This document shows, in pieces, positions 59,801-64,000 of a stretch of DNA of 64,000 nucleotides. The stretch's first letter is position 1; each line of letters opens with the position of its first letter. The DNA comes from Callorhinchus milii (lineage: Eukaryota). Both the position numbers and the translations under genes were made by a program. The stretch is taken from NCBI RefSeq assembly GCF_018977255.1, contig NW_024704743.1:20276001-20340000 (forward strand), in the 5' to 3' direction. Below the pieces are notes generated by a model, which was not told the origin of the DNA, searched no databases, and worked only from the letters and a program-made list of their open reading frames with translations.

Positions 59801-60511
59801 GATCGTAAATGCAGTACACTGCTATCAAATGCTGGAATAAGGCAGATTTATGACTCGACACTGGAGAGGGGAAAGGAAAGAACAGAGAGGGGAAAAAAAG
59901 GAAAGTGTATGTAATCATGCATGTATCACATGCATGAAATTTGGAATCACATTTGTGTGTAATAAAGAGATTTTCACATGCACACAAAAAAGTTGCATAA
60001 GCTCAATCATACTAACAGTATTCGTGGACAAATACTAACTGCCAGGAGGCTAAACAGTAGTAAAGAACAGGTTTATTATTCATCATAAATCATGAGATGT
60101 ACTCTTTACTACCAGTGCACTCATTTAAGAAATATATGTAGCCAGTGAACAAACAATATTCCATCAGAACAAATTCCACAATACATTTGTCACTCAAACT
60201 AATTCAATATTCTGGGCATTCAACTCCAAAAGGTATGTGCATTTTTAAAGGCTTTGGAAACCATCATCATACCTTTGCCTTTTTTCGTCATCTTTCAGAA
60301 CTTCGTAGATAGCTACCAACTGAAAATAAAAGAATCAAAATGTAAATTATGTTTAAAAAAAACTGAATATACAAAAAGGTAAAAATAAACTGACCAAAAG
60401 CTCCCTTACTTGTCTAAATTGAGTCTCTGCGTTTTCATCTTTGTTCTTGTCTGGATGTAAGATCAAAGACATTTTCCGATAAGCTTTTCTAATGTCTGTA
60501 GATGAAGCATC
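20639..60511 (-). CDS. DNAJC1: DnaJ homolog subfamily C member 1 (ERdj1/MTJ1), partial multi-exon CDS: join(60410..60511,60273..60319,41360..41525,36930..37030,24948..25041,22462..22552,20639..20814), open at both ends
   Basis: Spliced translation is open for 259 codons: [119 protein letters not shown].../[19 protein letters not shown].../[11 protein letters not shown].../[17 protein letters not shown]...IEEQMADWL... This is recognisably vertebrate DNAJC1. All introns are GT-AG and phases are compatible. Confidence 0.97.
22462..22552 (-). CDS. DNAJC1: DNAJC1 exon 7 (91 nt)
   Basis: tgttacag|GATGCC...CACA|gtaaga; encodes [30 protein letters not shown]; phases join exons 6 and 8 in frame. Confidence 0.92.
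24948..25041 (-). CDS. DNAJC1: DNAJC1 exon 6 (94 nt)
   Basis: tcttgcag|ATCTATT...TATCAG|gtaaga; encodes [31 protein letters not shown], matching the DNAJC1 KPQWxDLLPCxxGIWF motif. Confidence 0.95.
25248..25400 (+). mobile_element. SINE 3' fragment
   Basis: tttgtgggacactgctgtgcacaattggctacc...aatgcaaggattattat. Confidence 0.85.
26450..27210 (+). mobile_element. CR1 LINE fragment spanning the ORF1 esterase-like region and the start of the ORF2 endonuclease
   Basis: Decayed [16 protein letters not shown] (SGNH esterase-type ORF1), then KCLYTN..., [11 protein letters not shown] (AP-endonuclease start). Confidence 0.75.
30990..31113 (+). mobile_element. SINE 3' fragment
   Basis: gtgaagcgctttgagacatctcaatgacgtaataaggcgctatatcaaatgcaaggattattatt. 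Confidence 0.85.
31238..31510 (-). mobile_element. 5'-truncated tRNA-SINE
   Basis: ataataatccttgcattt...gcagccaattgcgcacagcagtgtcctacaaacagtcgtggattgagtga. Confidence 0.88.
32150..32404 (+). repeat. Unclassified A-tailed repeat (same family as 2925-3480 and 37470-37685)
   Basis: ccttggctcttgcca...aattagg...gtgcacattc...tttggatactcttaagcatggtgatgggtttccacatgtgtcacacacccggctgaccaaaaaa. Confidence 0.7.
32425..32530 (-). mobile_element. Ancient tRNA-SINE fragment (AmnSINE2/MamSINE1-like); related pieces at ~16790-16995, 27370-27600, 36058-36155, 42610-42770, 63345-63560
   Basis: Shared motif gccatacagacc...gttcaatcccaggtct(g/a)tg(c/t)tgagttagctgatctcagct seen in several copies; the family name is from memory only. 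Confidence 0.5.
33004..33620. mobile_element. Penelope-like element pseudo-LTR cluster (three partial copies, inverted arrangement)
   Basis: 33004-33090 aaaatactgcagatgctggaaatctgaaacaaaaac...cactcagcaggtcaggcagcatc is inverted at 33240-33327 and again at ~33510-33620; contains hammerhead-like CTGA(C/T)GA cores. Confidence 0.75.
33839..34487 (-). mobile_element. Young L2 LINE 3' fragment
   Basis: ORF 33918..34517: [88 protein letters not shown]; intact (gtt)n tail. Confidence 0.93.
35675..36055 (+). mobile_element. L2 3' fragment
   Basis: FHWLPIPQ...[16 protein letters not shown]2 tail. Confidence 0.88.
36930..37030 (-). CDS. DNAJC1: DNAJC1 exon 5 (101 nt), polybasic RKKREKKKK segment after the TM helix
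   Basis: cctttcag|GATGAT...GAGAG|gtaact; encodes [33 protein letters not shown](R). Confidence 0.95.
37470..37685 (-). repeat. Unclassified repeat, further copy
   Basis: gcagaaacctgttgtaatgcttaagggtatccaaac...catggaaatttcctgtgtctgaaatagagtgcaca...cctaatt...ggcgagagccaag aligns with 3160-3390. Confidence 0.7.
37887..38247 (+). mobile_element. Young L2 fragment lacking its 3' tail
   Basis: [52 protein letters not shown]; near-identical to the 33839 and 50221 copies. Confidence 0.93.
39800..40350 (+). mobile_element. CR1 LINE 3' end
   Basis: [27 protein letters not shown]..., then CR1-like 3' UTR gttgggccaaatggcctatttctgtg. Confidence 0.85.
40829..41285 (-). mobile_element. MITE, second copy of the 10200-10808 element, ending about 75 nt from the exon 4 donor
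   Basis: Reverse complement of 41210-41285 (cagtcaaactcacc...gcctaagt...cacctgagttccattcagtttcc) matches 10200-10285; other end taacatttaatatgac matches ~10760-10778. Confidence 0.78.
41360..41525 (-). CDS. DNAJC1: DNAJC1 exon 4 (166 nt), end of J-domain plus transmembrane helix
   Basis: tgtacag|GTATGAC...CAACTG|gtaagt; encodes [55 protein letters not shown]. Confidence 0.97.
42440..42552 (+). mobile_element. SINE 3' fragment
   Basis: cagtcaattcactttacaatatattctgtgaagcgctt...aatgcaaggattattatt. Confidence 0.85.
47580..47862 (+). mobile_element. L2 3' fragment
   Basis: [28 protein letters not shown]; tail aagtgcaagttgttgttg. Confidence 0.88.
48068..48200 (-). mobile_element. L2 3' tail
   Basis: acaacaaaattacatttatatagcggcttcacgtcggaaggatgtcccaaggcactg. 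Confidence 0.8.
49440..49835 (+). mobile_element. Near full-length diverged DeuSINE (tRNA head, Deu domain, L2-type tail)
   Basis: gactcaattgataccactctcgcc head; aagatcccaaggcact...cctggccaaca Deu motif; gtttgtgggactttgctgtgcgcaattgg; tail aatgcaaggattatgatt. Confidence 0.75.
49885..50180 (-). mobile_element. Diverged DeuSINE, opposite orientation
   Basis: Minus strand: tagctcaagg..gcactctcacc..GGGTTCGACCCCC (B box)...agatcccatggcacc...gtttgtgggatattactgtgcaaatt. Confidence 0.72.
50221..50700 (-). mobile_element. Young L2 3' fragment
   Basis: [22 protein letters not shown]...; near-identical to the 33839 and 37887 copies. Confidence 0.92.
50705..51228 (+). mobile_element. Older L2 3' fragment, head-to-head with the previous copy
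   Basis: aggcttgactgtgccaactctc, ccctacctctgtgag, gccttcagcctttctgcccccaacctctggaactcc, tail atttgttgttg. Confidence 0.85.
51290..51398 (+). mobile_element. SINE 3' fragment
   Basis: cacaaaatataatcaattcagtttacagt...gacgtgataagg...attattat. Confidence 0.7.
55130..55268 (+). mobile_element. L2 3' tail
   Basis: tcaaggcctgactcaaga..cttctttgac...cagcactttgagactacctcccgatgtgaaagc...taaatgtaaattg. Confidence 0.75.
60273..60319 (-). CDS. DNAJC1: DNAJC1 exon 3 (47 nt), J-domain helix III/IV
   Basis: tattttcag|TTGGTA...CAAAG|gtatga; encodes [15 protein letters not shown](R); separated from exon 2 by a 90-nt intron; missed by the ORF track. Confidence 0.96.
60410..60511 (-). CDS. DNAJC1: DNAJC1 exon 2 (102 nt), J-domain with HPD motif
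   Basis: ttcttgcag|GATGCT...CAA|gtaagg; encodes [34 protein letters not shown]. Confidence 0.97.
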
Positions 60512-62974
60512 CTGCAAGAAATACAAAGTCGACTTTGTCAAAAAAAATTTTTTAAAAAGCTCCTAGCAGAATGTTATGATCGAGGAAGACAGCAGGCCAA
60601 GTGCAGCTCCTCGGGCAATGTAATTTGAGCAACACAAGGCATAGCCACGTTATGCACTCTGCTGCACATGACTAAATAGTCACTGGTTCGAACTTTTTCA
60701 CTTCTCTGAACTGCCGCAACATAAAAAGGCAGTGTACTTTTTTTGCAAGCCTTCTGGATAAGGACTTTGTTCACACTGAAGAAAAAGTGCAGGGAGGCAG
60801 AGATGTAAAGTTAACATGATACTGTTCAGTAGGCATCTGTTCGCTTAGAGACAGAGACTTTTCTTGATTGTTCAACCTTTATATTGTGCAACTTATTTTG
60901 GAAAACAAATCGAACACCACTAAAGATCCCTTCATATTTCTAGCAGTGTTCTTCCCTTGTTTATTAGTCAAATAGTTTTTAACCTTTCAAATGGCTCACT
61001 TCAAAGCACTTGCCTTACTTTCTAACTCAAGTCAGCAATTAACAGATTTGCATATAATGCCTACAGAATGCAAATCAAATTATGCAAATAATATTGCACT
61101 TCAAAACGAGTTGTTGAGTGCAGAATGTTCGTTTTTGAATACAGTTTACTATACTGATCATGCAATTAAGAGTCATAATCTTAGCTATTTCTCCATACAA
61201 TAATTCAAATTTATTTTGCATAAGCGCAATAACTCTTTCAGGAGTTTGAATCTTCCTTCAAACAATAGATTGACTGCTTAACATTCAAAACTATGATTTC
61301 CATCCATTTGTTTTTAACATTTCTCTTTCCAAAATCCTTGTTGAAGAACAGTACTAAAAGATTAAGGAATATCTTGCGAACACAAAGGCAATTCTTACTG
61401 TTCAGTAAAAAAAATGTGAGTTTCAAAAATAATTAAGAGAAAGACATTACCCAGAGACTTCTCAAGCTGCCGTCTAAAATTTCTATATCAATTCTGGAGA
61501 CACAGATTAGTTGTTAAATTTGTAAATATCAGATGTATTAAATTTGTAAGATTTTATTTAAAAATTATTGCTGTATCTTGAACTTTAAAAATGCAATCCA
61601 CAAGAATTTCAATTTATTGCATTAATAAATCAAACAAAATAAATACACACAACCCATATTCACTACTGTATCTTGTATCTACAGGAAATATGGGGATAGG
61701 AGCAGAGGTTCTACTAATATATTACTCATAATAATATACTGAGATATTTCAGATGTCAGCAACTCAATTGTGCATTTACAAAAAAAAATTAACAGGGAGC
61801 TATAAAAATGTGCCAGTTGAGGCTAAAAAAATTAAGTTAACTCATCGATATTTTAAGCATTGTAAAAATCAAAATGGCTGTAACCAATGTGAAAAATAGC
61901 CAATTCTTCAAAACATAATTTGGTTGGTTACTGTGCAGTCTAATGTGTACTAACAAATAGAAATACTGCATTTGCAAAAAGTAAAATCCATTCCGTGAAA
62001 TATCATCAAAGAGCAGTATCGCTCCACTGCAGGTTGCTTGAATACAAGCTTGCAGCAAAGCAAGACAGACTGCTTTAGGTAGCAATTTACTGTAATTTAC
62101 ACTCACAGCAATAAACAGTTTAGTGCATTTTAAAAATTGTCCAGTTCACCAATACCAAGAACACAATTTATCATCAAATTTACATTGATCCTGACTAAAA
62201 AATTTAGAAAATTAATGCAATAAAGAGCAGTGTAAAATTACTCCTTACCATATTACCTTGAAGCATTAAATGAGAGTGATTAGAAAATACTTATGTATAA
62301 AATAATGTCCTGGAAAATAAATGAAGATTGCATGAGTAAATATTAATCAGATGGAGGAGCCAAGGACTGTATAGTTGATCCTCAAAATGGGCATTGTAAT
62401 TCCCCATCAATTGGAGCGTGGGGGTGGGGGGGGGTAGAAGGAAGATGCTGAACAGAGCAACAGCCACTTTGTTAGGCTGACACCCTCTTGTGTAAGTCAA
62501 ATCAGACAGCTCAAAAGCAGCATTGGTTGAGGCCTGAAAGCCTGTGCATCATCTTGGTGGAGGGAACGGAGGGAAAGGATTGCAGCAAGCACAAACGCTT
62601 TAAGTCAGCAGACAGATGCTCTTCAGGAATGCTTAATTAGGTTCAAATTTTGATTTGCCTTAATGTCCACAAATTGGAACAGAGTTCTTCCAAACAATTA
62701 ATCTTAATAGTTAAGTGAGCCGAATTCCAAAATTGCAGTTTGAATAAAGGTATCTGACAGGAAAATGCGGCTTATTTTATGAACCGTGCATACTATGTGT
62801 ACATATTTGCAATTAAAGTTGAAGTTGTGTTCAGTAAAAGGAACATCCACATTTTAAAAAAAAATTCAAATCTCAAAATGGACACTGTGAAGAATATGTT
62901 TTATATCACATTACTCCACAATTATGCACATGTGATATCTAGTGGCAAATTTAAATTGGTCATTCACTTCATGG

Positions 62975-63125
62975 GGGTTTGTTGGGCAATCCTGGGCACA
63001 AATTGGCTACCGGATTCACCTACAAACCACACAATGACTACACTTTACAATAAACCCTGTGAAGCTCTTTGATACTTCCTTCTGACCTAAAAGGCACTGT
63101 ACCAAATGCAAGGATTAATATTATT
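62975..63125 (+). mobile_element. SINE 3' fragment
   Basis: gtttgttgggcaatcctgggcacaaattggctacc...tgtgaagctctttga...aatgcaaggattaatatt. Confidence 0.75.
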
Positions 63126-63589
63126 AATTAAAAAAGCCTACATTTGATAAAATCAAACTCTGATTTAGATACTACATCTCAGCCCTGAAATTGTGCCTTA
63201 AAACCATCATCATAAAATATGCAGAATTTCAGAAAATTCTTAAACTCAGTCTGAATTTGGAAACCAGTTTTTTGCCATTTATTCACAAGATGCTTTTAAT
63301 GCTTTCATGATTTATATGTTGTACTGATAGTGGCCTAGGGTTGAATTCTCAGGACAGCACAGACTAGAAACTGCATGTTTAATCCCTGGTCTTTGCTGAG
63401 TTAACTGACTTCAACTAGACTAGAAAGCATATGGGTATAAAATTGGTCTCGGTACCCCTAGGTTATGGATGGGGGGAGGAGAAGGGAAAAAATAACCTGG
63501 TCTGATCGCTATACAGAGACATCCTCTTTCATTGGAAGGTACACTTGGATGTTAGGACTCAATGGTGATAGGAACATTTGGCACCCTCC

Positions 63590-63960
63590 AATTATATCCT
63601 TCCTCGAATTGGATGCCCAAAACTGAATACAGTACCCCAAAGGAGGTCAGGTTAGCTCTTTACATAACTGAGCAGAACAGTACCCTCTTACATTTATATT
63701 CCATTCCACCTGCCTTATTAACAGTCTTCTACCCCTGCAAAATAGATTGTAATGATGTACAACAAGAACAGCTTGCATTCATATAGTGGGCTTCAAGTAG
63801 AATTACATTTTGTAGCACTGTAATGGTGAGGTAAGATGCTGAGAAAGGGATGGAGGGATGACCATAGGTGCAGTCGAAAAGGTAGTTTTCAGGTGGAATT
63901 TAAAGATAAAGGTGGAGGGATTGAGGCAGGGAGTTCCAGAGATAAGAGACATAGTAGCAG
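63590..63960 (-). mobile_element. Old CR1 fragment (~63590-63720) followed by an old L2 tail (~63760-63960)
   Basis: gcccaaaactgaatacagtacccca is the reverse complement of YCIQFWA; acaacaagaacagcttgcattcatatag...gggagttccaga are L2 motifs. Confidence 0.6.
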
Positions 63961-64000
63961 GAGTAGGTTCGGACACTGCAGCTCAGGCTCCCAGTTACTT

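Noticed and set aside
60320..60409. In-frame retention of the 90-nt intron 2 giving an alternative membrane anchor ([18 protein letters not shown])
   Set aside because: It contains a stop at 60353-60355, truncates the J-domain, and the hydrophobicity simply reflects U-rich intron sequence.
4513..63960. Strand bias of L2 insertions relative to DNAJC1
   Set aside because: My rough tally (about 15 on + versus 11 on -) is too even to claim a bias.
60512..64000. DNAJC1 exon 1 or promoter
   Set aside because: No CpG-rich region or signal-peptide/WE..DLELFDLVEE-coding segment seen; presumably beyond the right edge.

Overview
Eukaryotic, AT-rich vertebrate genomic DNA. The repeat content (L2 and CR1 LINEs, tRNA/Deu-type SINEs sharing L2 tails, shark-type Penelope pLTRs) points to a cartilaginous fish, possibly a holocephalan; that is inference. 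The window lies inside one gene on the minus strand: DNAJC1 (ERdj1/MTJ1). I reconstructed seven internal coding exons (orthologous to exons 2-8, 777 nt, 259 codons) with canonical GT-AG sites and consistent phases. They encode the J domain (HPD), the transmembrane helix and the charged cytosolic linker. The first exon lies beyond the right edge, and the SANT-domain exons lie beyond the left edge. Nearly all listed ORFs are retroelement debris or chance ORFs. The most interesting observations concern RNA processing and transposon cargo. (1) The start of intron 3 mimics the start of exon 4, which gives both a recursive-splice-type junction and a possible intronically polyadenylated J-domain-only isoform. 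(2) Three near-identical young L2 copies lie in alternating orientation around exons 4 and 5. (3) A MITE carries tandem ZNF143/NRF1-like motifs. (4) A Penelope pLTR cluster contains a decayed hammerhead ribozyme on the pre-mRNA strand. (5) An unclassified A-tailed repeat occurs five times. No prokaryote-type system, CRISPR array or intact mobile-element ORF was found. Repeat boundaries are approximate and were aligned by eye.
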